A stretch of 64,000 bases of DNA from an uncultured delta proteobacterium (lineage in GTDB: Bacteria > Desulfobacterota > Desulfobacteria > Desulfobacterales > SG8-13), in NCBI GenBank assembly GCA_963848135.1, contig CAWKCK010000017.1, positions 898,538 through 962,537 of the forward strand, written 5' to 3'. Each line of letters starts with the position of its first letter. Within the stretch, counting starts at the first letter, position 1. Made by a program: the position numbers and the translations under genes. Shown here in pieces: positions 47,713 to 57,011 of the stretch. The notes under the pieces are model-generated. The model did not search any database and was not told the DNA's origin. It was given only the letters and a program-made list of their open reading frames with translations.

Positions 47713-48664
47713 TCGCAAAAAGTTCATTGTTTCACACGCGCCCTTCTGGCACTATGGCAGCAATATCAGCGAGCGCAGTTATCACACCATGCTCGCAGCG
47801 CTGCCGGCCGTTTTATTGGGCATGATTCAGTTCGGACTCCCGGCACTGGCCGTCGTGGCCCTTTCCGTATCGTCCGCTATTCTATGGGAATGGGCCTTTG
47901 CGGCCATCACGAAACGCCCCAACACGATTGGCGATGGCAACGCCGCGCTTATCGGCCTGTTGCTCGCCATGCTCATACCGGCCACGACACCCTGGTGGGC
48001 AGTGCTGACAGGCACTTTCATTGCCATTGTGATCTGTAAGCAAATTTTCGGTGGTATCGGCGGGAACTCCTTCAGCCCGGTGGTTCTGGCGATTGCCATT
48101 TTGGCCCTTTCCTGGAAGGATATTTTCGATTTCGATTCGGCGCTCGTCAATTACGACCTGGGGTTCACCATGTATCATCCTCTGGTGGCCCTGAAAGCCT
48201 TCGGATCGAATGTCGTCACCGATTTCTCGATTGGAGATCTGTTGCTAGGACGTCAGGTCGGGGGCATCGGCTCCACCTTTGGGTTGGGATTGATTCTCGG
48301 CGGTATCTACCTGATTCTCAGGGGATTTATTCGCTGGGAAATCTCACTCTCATTTCTCGTGGGTATCCTGGTATCGGCAACGCTTTTTCACATGGCTGAT
48401 CCAGCCAGGTTTGCGGGTCCGCTCTTTCATCTGCTGACCGGTTACACGCTGATCGGCGCCTTTTTTCTGGCCACCGAAGACTCGTCGTCACCAGTCAATT
48501 TTATTCCCATGCTGGTTTACGGGGCGGCCGGCGGGATAGTAACGGTCATGATCAGAAACATCGGCGCTTATGCCGAAGGCGTCATCTATGCCATTCTGGT
48601 GATAAACATGGTCAATCCGTTGCTCGATAAGATCCGGCCCAAAGCATTAGGAAAGGTAGTCTAA
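47705..48664 (+). CDS. rnfD: Rnf complex membrane subunit RnfD
   Basis: 319 aa, polytopic, NqrB/RnfD-like (for example FFLATEDSSSP and MVNPLLDK). It overlaps the rnfC stop by 8 nt. Confidence 0.9.
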   Translation: MNSRKKFIVSHAPFWHYGSNISERSYHTMLAALPAVLLGMIQFGLPALAVVALSVSSAILWEWAFAAITKRPNTIGDGNAALIGLLLAMLIPATTPWWAVLTGTFIAIVICKQIFGGIGGNSFSPVVLAIAILALSWKDIFDFDSALVNYDLGFTMYHPLVALKAFGSNVVTDFSIGDLLLGRQVGGIGSTFGLGLILGGIYLILRGFIRWEISLSFLVGILVSATLFHMADPARFAGPLFHLLTGYTLIGAFFLATEDSSSPVNFIPMLVYGAAGGIVTVMIRNIGAYAEGVIYAILVINMVNPLLDKIRPKALGKVV

Positions 48665-48665
48665 C

Positions 48666-49259
48666 ATGCGTGAAATGATCCAAATGGTCGTGGTCCTCAC
48701 CATCCTAAGCTGCGTTTCCGGCGGTCTGCTCGCCTACATCAAAAATGGAACCAAGGAACAGATCGAATACCAGCAACTGGTATTCGTGAAAGGCCCGGCA
48801 ATCCGTGCCATTCTAGAGGGATCCGCCAACGACCCCATCACCGACCGTTTCAAGATCGAAGACGGCGATACCGAGCGCAGCTTCTTCGCTGGCGTCTTCG
48901 ACGGTAAGGCCAACACCGTGACGTTCGAAACCTCAGGCAAAGGCTTCGGTGGCGACATCGGCGTGATGGTCGGTGTCAACCTTGACGATGACAAAATCGT
49001 TGGTGTTGGCGTCACCACCCACAGCGAAACACCGGGAATCGGTGCTTTAGCCAAAACCAATGTCGCGTTCAGCAGCCAGTTCAAAGGAATGCCGCTGAAG
49101 GATACGTTTAAGGTCAAGACCGACGGGGGCCAAGTGGACGCTTTGTCAGGGGCCACCATAACCTCACGGGGAGTGAGCGCTGCATTGACTGATGCCGTCA
49201 AAATGTACGAAAGCCTCAAACCCCAAATCGCCGACAAAATGAAGTCATTTTCCAAATAA
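48666..49259 (+). CDS. rnfG: Rnf complex subunit RnfG (periplasmic FMN-binding)
   Basis: 197 aa with an N-terminal anchor and the canonical flavinylation motif DALSGATITSRG. Confidence 0.9.
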   Translation: MREMIQMVVVLTILSCVSGGLLAYIKNGTKEQIEYQQLVFVKGPAIRAILEGSANDPITDRFKIEDGDTERSFFAGVFDGKANTVTFETSGKGFGGDIGVMVGVNLDDDKIVGVGVTTHSETPGIGALAKTNVAFSSQFKGMPLKDTFKVKTDGGQVDALSGATITSRGVSAALTDAVKMYESLKPQIADKMKSFSK

Positions 49260-49275
49260 ATAACGGGAGAACAAA

Positions 49276-49881
49276 ATGGCGCGATCGATCGCTCAGGAGT
49301 TTACCAAAGGCCTATGGGATGAAATACCGCCGTTTCGTCTGGTTCTGGGACTCTGTCCCGTCCTTGCGGTCACCAAAACAGTCGAGAACGGCTGGGGGAT
49401 GGGCCTGGCAACGACATTCGTGTTGGTGTGCTCCAATGTCCTGGTTTCTCTGTTGCGAAAAGCTATTCCATCCAAGGTCAGAATTGCCTGTTTTATCATC
49501 ATCATCGCTACGTTCGTGACCGTGGTCGAACTGGCCATGCAGGCGTATGCCTATCCCCTCTTCTTGAAACTGGGTATCTTTATCCCCCTGATAGTCGTCA
49601 ATTGCATCGTTCTGGGGCGGGCTGAAGCCTTCGCATCGAAAAACGGTTTTGTGCGATCCACTCTAGACGGTCTCGGTATCGGTGTCGGCTTCACCCTGGC
49701 GCTTGCGGCACTGGGCGCCGTGCGGGAGCTGCTCGGAACTGGATCTCTGACATTATACGAGACACCGATACAGATTTTTGGCTCATCCTATCAACCGTTT
49801 GGCTTTATGGTCGAGGCCCCCGGCGCATTTGTCGGATTAGGACTGATGCTGTGCATTATGAACATGCTGGGGAAAAAATAG
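49276..49881 (+). CDS. rnfE: Rnf complex membrane subunit RnfE
   Basis: 201 aa, NqrD/RnfE-like (GLCPVLAVT and VNCIVLGRAEAFA). Confidence 0.9.
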   Translation: MARSIAQEFTKGLWDEIPPFRLVLGLCPVLAVTKTVENGWGMGLATTFVLVCSNVLVSLLRKAIPSKVRIACFIIIIATFVTVVELAMQAYAYPLFLKLGIFIPLIVVNCIVLGRAEAFASKNGFVRSTLDGLGIGVGFTLALAALGAVRELLGTGSLTLYETPIQIFGSSYQPFGFMVEAPGAFVGLGLMLCIMNMLGKK

Positions 49882-49890
49882 GAGATCGTC

Positions 49891-50466
49891 ATGGGTGACT
49901 ACATCGTTCTTGCCATCAGCTGTATTCTCATTAACAATATCCTGTTGGCCCAATACCTGGGAAACTGCCCGTTCCTCGGTACATCCAAAAAAATGGAAAC
50001 CGCCGTTGGTATGGCCATGGCAGTGGTTTTTGTTCTGGTAATGGCGGGGATGATCACCTGGGTGGTCAACGCTTTTGTCCTGGTTAAATTCGGCATGGAA
50101 TACATGCGCACGGTGGCATTCATTCTTGTGATCGCCTCCCTTGTGCAATTCGTCGAGATGTTCCTGAAGAAAAGCATACCCGCACTTTATGCCGGACTGG
50201 GAATATTTCTGCCCCTGATCACAACCAACTGTGCGGTTATGGGTGTCTGCCTGATCAACATCAACGAGGAGTATAACTTCCTCCAGGCTCTGGTAACCTC
50301 TTTTGCCTATGCCGTCGGCTTCGGCCTAGCCCTGATTTTATTTGCCGGCGTCCGAGAGCGCATTCTGCTTGCCAGGGTGCCGCGACCGCTTCAGGACACC
50401 TCCATTGCTCTGGTGACTGCGGGTGTTTTGTCTCTGACCTTTTTTGCTTTCAAAGGCTGGGTGTAA
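49891..50466 (+). CDS. rnfA: Rnf complex membrane subunit RnfA
   Basis: 191 aa, NqrE/RnfA-like (NNILLAQYLGNCPFLG and ITTNCAVMGV). Confidence 0.9.
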   Translation: MGDYIVLAISCILINNILLAQYLGNCPFLGTSKKMETAVGMAMAVVFVLVMAGMITWVVNAFVLVKFGMEYMRTVAFILVIASLVQFVEMFLKKSIPALYAGLGIFLPLITTNCAVMGVCLININEEYNFLQALVTSFAYAVGFGLALILFAGVRERILLARVPRPLQDTSIALVTAGVLSLTFFAFKGWV

Positions 50467-50740
50467 AAGTTAATCTGAAACGATGCCGCGTGCTGCTGAA
50501 TCGGGATCGACGACACGACGGCACGCTGCTAATGTGACGCGCTACCTGGTAAATGCAACCAACTCATCCACTGCGCAACTCATCTCCAAAGTCCATCCAA
50601 ACAGCGGACACTCGTCCGGTTTCCTTAGTATTTACGCCATCCCAACAGAGGATTTGCATTTTCAGCAGGCCTGAGTGGGAGAACCAGGGTCGGTTGCTGT
50701 ATATCGCCACCGGGCAACCGTCAATCCGAGGGAGGTAGCG

Positions 50741-50769
50741 TTGACAGGACAACGGCAACTCGATTTAAT
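50741..50769 (+). promoter_or_regulatory. Candidate internal sigma70 promoter upstream of rnfB
   Basis: TTGACA (50741-50746), a 17-nt spacer, then TTTAAT (50764-50769). It sits inside the 397-nt rnfA-rnfB spacer, about 95 nt upstream of the rnfB start. Confidence 0.3.
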
Positions 50770-50863
50770 TTGTCGATGAACGGGATTCGGCCACAGCGAG
50801 TCGAGTTGAGAAACCGAACTGCTTGATTCAAAAACCATAAATGAACCGTTACCGGAGGACAAC

Positions 50864-52957
50864 TTGATAGAAGCCGTTCTTGTAATGTTGGGGTTGGGCG
50901 CTGCCTGCGCCTCGGCGCTGACAGTCGCGTCAAAAGTTTTTTATGTTTATGAAGATCCGCGCATCGCCGAAGTCGAGGGCATGCTGGCCGGAGCGAATTG
51001 TGGTGGTTGCGGCTACCCGGGCTGTTCGGGAGCGGCCGCTGCCGTGGTCGACGGCAAGGCACCGCCCAGCGTCTGCGTTGTGGCCGACCTTGAAACCGCG
51101 ATCAACGTCGCCGGGGTGATGGGAATCGACCCTGGCTCCGTGGAGCCCCTGAAATCCCTGAACACATGCCTGGGCGGTGACCGCGCGGATGACAAGTATT
51201 ACTACTCCGGCGTCCAAAGCTGCCGCGCGCTAAGCGCCCTGTATGGCGGAAAGCGTGAATGCCGGGTGGGGTGTCTGGGGTTCGGTGACTGTATCGCTTC
51301 GTGCCGGTTTGACGCAATCGATATGGGCCCGGATGGGTATCCGGTTGTCAACGAGATGAAGTGCGTCGGCTGCGGTGCTTGTGAAAAGGCCTGCCCGAAG
51401 TCGATCCTGCAGGTCCGCACCATGTCCCAACGCCTGCTGCATTTCAATCAGGAAGACGACGCCCTGGCGCCCTGTCAGCAGACCTGCCCCGCTGAAATCG
51501 ACATACCGCGATATATCGCCTGCATCAGGGATGGCGATTATGAAGCTGCCGTTAATACCATCCGCGAGCGCAACCCGCTGCTATTGACCTGTGGACGGGT
51601 CTGTCCGCACCCCTGTGAAGACTATTGCCGACGCGGCATCGAAGAAGAACCGGTATCCATCAACCAGTTGAAACGTTTTGCCGCCGACTACGAAATGAAT
51701 TCCGGCAGCAGGCTACCGATCTCCTGCGCAGCGGATACGGACAAGAAAGTGGCGATTATTGGCGGCGGCCCCGCCGGATTGACCTGTGCCTATTTTTTAA
51801 GGCGACTCGGCCATGGCGTCACGATTATCGATATGATGCCCAAATTGGGAGGAATGGTCCGCTACGGCATTCCCGAATACAGGCTGCCAAAAGAAGTATT
51901 GCAATGGGAGATCGATGGGATCCTGAACCTGGGGGTCGAACACCGCCCCAGCGTCAAGCTTGGCGAAGACTTTACGCTGGCCGATTTAGAGGCGGAAGGT
52001 TTTGACGCCGTTTTTATGGGAATCGGCGCCTGGAAGGATTACAGTTTGAGAATCGAGGGCGAAGATATGAAGGGGTGCTACACGGGCATCGATTTTCTGA
52101 CCAAATTTGCCCTCAACCAGCAATCCGATACGAACAAAAAGGATATTCCCATCGGCCGTAAATGTGCGGTGATCGGCGGAGGGAACACCGCCATCGATTG
52201 TGTTCGCACCCTGGTGCGATTAGGGGCCGAAGAAGTCAGCATTGTCTACCGGCGGACGCGAAAGGAAATGCCTGCCAACGACGTCGAAATTGTGGCCGCT
52301 GAACACGAGGGGGTCAAATTCCATTTCCTGGCCGCACCGACCCGCGTCGTCAGTGACGACGACGGCAATGCCACGCATCTGGAATTTCTAAAAATGGAGC
52401 TCGGTGAACCAGACGCCAGTGGAAGGCGGCGCCCGGTACCGGTAGAGGGTTCCGAAACCCTGATGGAAGCCGACATGATCGTGTCCGCCATCGGCCAGGG
52501 CCCGGATGTCGGCTTCATGGAAAAGGACAACCGCCTAAAGGAAATGAATGTCACCCGCTGGAGTACCATCGATGCCAATCCGGAAATACTCCAGTCGAAC
52601 ATCCCGAATGTTTTCGCTGCCGGTGACGCCTATACCGGTGCTTCCCTTGTCGTTGAGGCCATTGGCGGGGGCCGAAGAGCGGCGCGGGCGATTCATCTCT
52701 ACCTTGCCGGTCACGAGGTCGAACCCGTCTTGAAGTCGCTGCGCAAAAAACATATTCCTGAATCTCTGTTTGGGCAGGTAGACGGTATCCGTCCGACGGT
52801 GCGCGCAGTCATGCCCGAATTACCGGTGCAGGAGCGGATAAAAACCTTTGAAGAAGCCGATTTGGTACTTGAGGAAAAAGACGCCGTAGCGGAATCACGC
52901 CGCTGCCTCTCCTGCTGCCGATTATGCTATAATCCAGACATCAAACCTGCAGCGTAA
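50864..52957 (+). CDS. rnfB: RnfB fused to a GltD/NfnB/SudA-like NAD(P)H-dependent FAD oxidoreductase module
   Basis: 697 aa, TTG start with a GGAGGA SD 4 nt upstream. Residues 1-185 form an RnfB core: membrane anchor, CGGCGYPGC cluster and two ferredoxin motifs including CVGCGACEKACP. Residues from about 195 to 697 form the GltD-like part: CQQTCPAEIDIPRY...GRVCPHPCEDYC, VAIIGGGPAGLTCAY, AVIGGGNTAIDC and VFAAGD. Confidence 0.85.
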   Translation: MIEAVLVMLGLGAACASALTVASKVFYVYEDPRIAEVEGMLAGANCGGCGYPGCSGAAAAVVDGKAPPSVCVVADLETAINVAGVMGIDPGSVEPLKSLNTCLGGDRADDKYYYSGVQSCRALSALYGGKRECRVGCLGFGDCIASCRFDAIDMGPDGYPVVNEMKCVGCGACEKACPKSILQVRTMSQRLLHFNQEDDALAPCQQTCPAEIDIPRYIACIRDGDYEAAVNTIRERNPLLLTCGRVCPHPCEDYCRRGIEEEPVSINQLKRFAADYEMNSGSRLPISCAADTDKKVAIIGGGPAGLTCAYFLRRLGHGVTIIDMMPKLGGMVRYGIPEYRLPKEVLQWEIDGILNLGVEHRPSVKLGEDFTLADLEAEGFDAVFMGIGAWKDYSLRIEGEDMKGCYTGIDFLTKFALNQQSDTNKKDIPIGRKCAVIGGGNTAIDCVRTLVRLGAEEVSIVYRRTRKEMPANDVEIVAAEHEGVKFHFLAAPTRVVSDDDGNATHLEFLKMELGEPDASGRRRPVPVEGSETLMEADMIVSAIGQGPDVGFMEKDNRLKEMNVTRWSTIDANPEILQSNIPNVFAAGDAYTGASLVVEAIGGGRRAARAIHLYLAGHEVEPVLKSLRKKHIPESLFGQVDGIRPTVRAVMPELPVQERIKTFEEADLVLEEKDAVAESRRCLSCCRLCYNPDIKPAA

Positions 52958-52995
52958 ATCTCCCCAACGCCACCAAACAAAATATAGCTGCCCAG

Positions 52996-53023
52996 AAGGG
53001 CACCGTAGCAAAGCGGTGCCCTT
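52996..53023. terminator. Bidirectional terminator between convergent rnfB and rluD
   Basis: AAGGGCACCG-8 nt loop-CGGTGCCCTT, a 10-bp stem with a T-rich tail on the plus strand. Confidence 0.6.
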
Positions 53024-53028
53024 TCTAT

Positions 53029-53997
53029 TTATACGATGCCGCGCAGCTGAGCAAGCAGCTGTGTCATATCATCAGGCAGTGCGGCCTCGTAAGTCGTGCG
53101 CACACCGTCTGAAGGATGCCCAAAAGTCAGTCTCCAGGCGTGCAGCATCTGTCGATTGACCCGGCGTGTCAGCGCAAATACATTGCGGTCTAAATGCCTA
53201 CCGGCCCTCCGACCGGCATAAACCGGATCACCGACTATCGGGTGGCCGATGGCCGCACAATGAACGCGTGCCTGGTGGGTTCGCCCGGTCCTCAAGTCCA
53301 GTTCTAACAGGGTCAACCCAGTGAACTGTTCCTGAACGCGCCAGCGGGTCTCAGCGGCCCGTGGCTTCCGGCTGCTGATTGACATGCGTTTACGGTCGAC
53401 GGGGTGTCGACCGATGGTGAAGTCGATCACACCGCATTTATTCTCCACAGCGCCATACACAAGCGCCTGATACTTTTTCCGGATGCTCCGGGAAGCGAAT
53501 TGAGCGGATATGTGGGCATGCGCCGCCGCGTTTTTAGCGACAACGAGAATACCGGAGGTGTCTTTGTCCAACCGGTGAACAATACCCGGTCGCATTTCGC
53601 CCCCGATGGGTCCAATCTCGGGGCAATGGTGCAGAATGGCATTGACCAGGGTTCCGGACGCATGCCCGGGGGCTGGATGCACCACCATTCCCGGCGGCTT
53701 GTTAATCAGGATCAAATCATCGTCTTCATAAAGAATATCTAAGCCGAGCGATTCCGGGATCAATGCCGGGCGCAAAGGCGGCGGGATGATTCCACGGATG
53801 TCATCTTTTACTCGGATGCGGTAACCTGGTTTTTTTACCTGGTCGTTCACCCTTATAATTTCTCTTTGGATCAGAGCCGCCGCCTGTGAGCGCGTCAATG
53901 CGGCAATCCGGGAGGCAACAAAGGCGTCGAGGCGACCCCCTGTATCGGAAAGGCCGACCTTGAGGTAAAAGACATCGTCGGAGGGCGTGGCAGGCAT
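53029..53997 (-). CDS. rluD: 23S rRNA pseudouridine synthase, RluA family (RluD-like) with an S4 domain
   Basis: 322 aa with an N-terminal S4 domain (RLDAFVA...), the catalytic motif HRLDKDTSGILVVAKN, and TGRTHQARVH. Confidence 0.9.
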   Translation of the reverse strand: MPATPSDDVFYLKVGLSDTGGRLDAFVASRIAALTRSQAAALIQREIIRVNDQVKKPGYRIRVKDDIRGIIPPPLRPALIPESLGLDILYEDDDLILINKPPGMVVHPAPGHASGTLVNAILHHCPEIGPIGGEMRPGIVHRLDKDTSGILVVAKNAAAHAHISAQFASRSIRKKYQALVYGAVENKCGVIDFTIGRHPVDRKRMSISSRKPRAAETRWRVQEQFTGLTLLELDLRTGRTHQARVHCAAIGHPIVGDPVYAGRRAGRHLDRNVFALTRRVNRQMLHAWRLTFGHPSDGVRTTYEAALPDDMTQLLAQLRGIV

Positions 53998-54012
53998 TAT
54001 CTGGGACGGGTG

Positions 54013-54591
54013 CTATGCGTCGGAGGACTCCTGCACGTTTTCGGGAGTGAAAAACGATTCGATTTCGGACAGGACCGTCTCTTCGCTGGTTTTCTTGGCC
54101 GTCGATAACTCCTTGACGAGCAGAATCTGGGCCGTATCGTAAAGCTTTCGTTCTCCAAAGGATAGATCTTTGGTCAATTTAAGAAGAGAAAGATCCCTGA
54201 AAACCTCGGCAACATCGTAAAGGGAACCGGTCTTGATCTTGTCCATGTATTCGCGGTAACGACGATTCCATGTCTGATTGTCGCTGCCGGAATCTTTCTT
54301 GGACTTCATCACTGCATACACTTTGGGGATTTCTTTTTTGTCAATAACGTCTCGCAACCCGACCGATTCGACGTTCTTGACCGGTATCATAATGAGCATG
54401 TTGTTTTCTAATACCTTCATCATGTAGAAATCATGCTTCTCACCATTGACCACGCGGCTCTCGATCGCCTCTATTTTCCCGACACCGTGGGCGGGATAGA
54501 CCGCAAGATCTCCGACATGGAACTGCTTTATCTTGGGTTTCTTCGTTCGGGATTTTGTCGGAACGCTCGCTTTTTTCTTACTCATATACAC
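54013..54591 (-). CDS. carD: CarD/CdnL-family RNA-polymerase-binding transcription factor
   Basis: 192 aa with the CarD_CdnL_TRCF N-domain (FHVGDLAVYPAHGVGKIEAIE...FYMMKV). Confidence 0.85.
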   Translation of the reverse strand: MYMSKKKASVPTKSRTKKPKIKQFHVGDLAVYPAHGVGKIEAIESRVVNGEKHDFYMMKVLENNMLIMIPVKNVESVGLRDVIDKKEIPKVYAVMKSKKDSGSDNQTWNRRYREYMDKIKTGSLYDVAEVFRDLSLLKLTKDLSFGERKLYDTAQILLVKELSTAKKTSEETVLSEIESFFTPENVQESSDA

Positions 54592-54854
54592 ACCGATAGG
54601 TTATGTTGTTTCGTTTTAACTGGCGATTTTACGTGAGATCCGCCTGGCTCGGCATAGCGGATATCCAGCATCCGAAGGTTTCAATTGTTTCCTGCAGGAT
54701 CAAGAGCACAGGGTCCGCTATTAACTGGTTCAAGATTTGTGGGCGTGTTCCGGCTCCAGGTGGGTAACCAAAAAGGCGAAACGGGCAAATTAATGTCCAA
54801 AAATCAACTATCTACTTATATCACAACACCATTTAGTAATCAATAAAATAAAGA

Positions 54855-54893
54855 AAGGGCTGGCACACCAACATGGGTGTGCCAACCCTTTTT
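54855..54893 (-). terminator. Rho-independent terminator of hppA
   Basis: AAAGGGCTGGCACACC-loop-GGTGTGCCAACCCTTT, a 15-bp stem with one mismatch. T-rich tails flank it on both strands. It lies about 40 nt after the hppA stop. Confidence 0.6.
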
Positions 54894-54932
54894 ACTTCAT
54901 CAACGTGGCTATATAGAACCGATTGTCATGTA

Positions 54933-56990
54933 TTAACCCATTTTTATCAGGATGGGCACCAGCAACAGCGCCACGACGTTCAGGATCTTGATCATCGGGT
55001 TGATGGCCGGTCCGGCGGTATCTTTGTAAGGATCGCCGACGGTGTCACCGGTAACGGCGGCTTTATGCGCATCACTGCCCTTACCACCCAGGTTGCCATC
55101 TTCGATGTACTTCTTGGCGTTATCCCAAGCCGCGCCACCCGTTGTCATGGAAATGGCCAAGAACAGACCGGTGACGATACTGCCGATCAGCAGACCGCCC
55201 AGGGCGATTTTGCCCAGGAGCAGGCCGACGATGATCGGTACGGCAACCGGCAGCAGGGCCGGAATGACCATTTCCTTGAGGGCAAACTTGGTCACGATGT
55301 CAACGCAGGCCGCGTAATCCGGTTTGGCGGTCCCTTCCATGATTCCCGGGATCTCGCGGAACTGCCGCCGGACCTCATCGACGACGGCACCACCGGCTTT
55401 GCCGACGGCCTTCATACAAATGGAACCAAAGAGGTAAGGCAGCATACCGCCGATGAAGAGACCGATGATGACGTTCACGTTGCTGAGATCAAAGCTCAAT
55501 TGCTCGCCACCACCATGGAGAGCGAACTCCTGGGTATACGCGGCAAACAGCACCAGAGCGGCCAGTGCGGCCGAGCCGATGGCATAACCTTTGGTGACGG
55601 CCTTGGTGGTGTTACCAACCGCATCCAGTGGATCGGTGACGGCACGCACACTATCATCCATCCCGGCCATTTCGGCAATACCACCGGCGTTGTCGGTGAT
55701 CGGACCGTAAGCATCGATGGCAATGACCATACCGGTCATGGAGAGCATCGACATGGCCGCCATGGCAATACCGTAAAGTCCCGCGAAATAGTAAGCCGTA
55801 CCGATGGCTAAACAGATGGCCAGCGCCGGAAGAGCGGTGGCTTCCATACTGACAGCCAGACCGGCGATGATGTTGGTGCCATGGCCGGTGGTCGAAGCTT
55901 CAGCCACGAATTTGACCGGTTTGCGAATGCCGGTGTAGTACTCGGTGATCATGACGATAATGACGGTCAGGGCCAGCCCGACCAGGGTCGAGTAATAAAT
56001 CGCCATCGGGGTGATCACCCTGACACCGGGAACCTCGAGTGTCGGCAGCATTTGCCGGCAGGCGATAAAGAAGGCAATCGCCGCTAAGATGGCCGCTCCG
56101 AACATGCCTTTGTACAACGCGCCCATGATGTATTCATTGGCACCCAGGCGAACAAACCCGACCGCGATGATCGATGCAACGATGGAAATTGCGCCCAGCA
56201 CCAGTGGAAATTCAGTGGCCATGAGATGATCGGGAAAGAGCAGGTTTCCCAACAACATGGCGGCCACCGCTGTAACGGCATATGTCTCGAAGAGGTCCGC
56301 TGCCATCCCGGCACAGTCGCCGACATTGTCGCCGACGTTATCCGCGATAACCGCCGGGTTGCGGGGATCGTCTTCGGGAATACCGGCTTCCACTTTTCCG
56401 ACCAGGTCAGCGCCGACATCGGCGCCCTTGGTGAAAATTCCACCGCCAAGACGGGCAAAGATAGAAATCAGGCTGCCGCCGAATCCAAGGGCCACCAGGG
56501 CGATAACCGCATCCCGAACGGGTGTACCGGTGTTAACAAGGATGGTATAAAAACCGGCCACGGCGGTCAGAGCCAGTCCGGCCACGATCATACCGGTCAC
56601 AGCGCCACCTCTGAAGGCCATGGACAGGGCCTTGGCTAGCCCGCCTTTGGCCGCTTCGGCCGTGCGCACATTGGCGATAACGGAAACCCGCATGCCGATG
56701 TAACCGGCCATAAACGAGGCCGCCGCACCAACGAGAAAACCGACGGCGGTTTTGATGCCAAGCGTAAAGGCGATCAAAACGAACAAAACAACGGCCGCAA
56801 GGCTCATGCTTTTCAACTGGCGATTGAGATAAGCGATCGCTCCGGTCTTAATTGCTTCGGCGATGTCAGTCATTTTTTCATCGCCTGCCGGCGAATTTTT
56901 TACCATGCTCGCGGTAATGATCGAGAATAGCACACCCGCGATGCCGACTAATGTACAAATTAACGGTAGGTAGTTCATCCTTCCCTCCAT
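54933..56990 (-). CDS. hppA: Membrane-integral ion-translocating pyrophosphatase
   Basis: 685 aa, about 16 TM helices, with motifs [21 protein letters not shown] and [14 protein letters not shown]. The [10 protein letters not shown] motif carries the Lys variant associated with K+-independent enzymes. Confidence 0.95.
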   Translation of the reverse strand: MEGRMNYLPLICTLVGIAGVLFSIITASMVKNSPAGDEKMTDIAEAIKTGAIAYLNRQLKSMSLAAVVLFVLIAFTLGIKTAVGFLVGAAASFMAGYIGMRVSVIANVRTAEAAKGGLAKALSMAFRGGAVTGMIVAGLALTAVAGFYTILVNTGTPVRDAVIALVALGFGGSLISIFARLGGGIFTKGADVGADLVGKVEAGIPEDDPRNPAVIADNVGDNVGDCAGMAADLFETYAVTAVAAMLLGNLLFPDHLMATEFPLVLGAISIVASIIAVGFVRLGANEYIMGALYKGMFGAAILAAIAFFIACRQMLPTLEVPGVRVITPMAIYYSTLVGLALTVIIVMITEYYTGIRKPVKFVAEASTTGHGTNIIAGLAVSMEATALPALAICLAIGTAYYFAGLYGIAMAAMSMLSMTGMVIAIDAYGPITDNAGGIAEMAGMDDSVRAVTDPLDAVGNTTKAVTKGYAIGSAALAALVLFAAYTQEFALHGGGEQLSFDLSNVNVIIGLFIGGMLPYLFGSICMKAVGKAGGAVVDEVRRQFREIPGIMEGTAKPDYAACVDIVTKFALKEMVIPALLPVAVPIIVGLLLGKIALGGLLIGSIVTGLFLAISMTTGGAAWDNAKKYIEDGNLGGKGSDAHKAAVTGDTVGDPYKDTAGPAINPMIKILNVVALLLVPILIKMG

Positions 56991-57011
56991 CCAGAATCTA
57001 AGAGATTAAAA

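Noticed and set aside
50483-51062. Short ORFs (61-113 aa, both strands) in and around the rnfA-rnfB spacer
   Set aside because: None has an SD or motif. The 113-aa reverse ORF mostly overlaps the rnfB 5' end. The spacer is treated as non-coding.
54873-55811. 312-aa ORF antisense to hppA (and similar shadows at 38022-38786, 32786-33463, 10038-10715, 30567-31208)
   Set aside because: All are antisense to genes with strong family signatures. Their products are G/D/H/R-rich low-complexity sequences without start signals.
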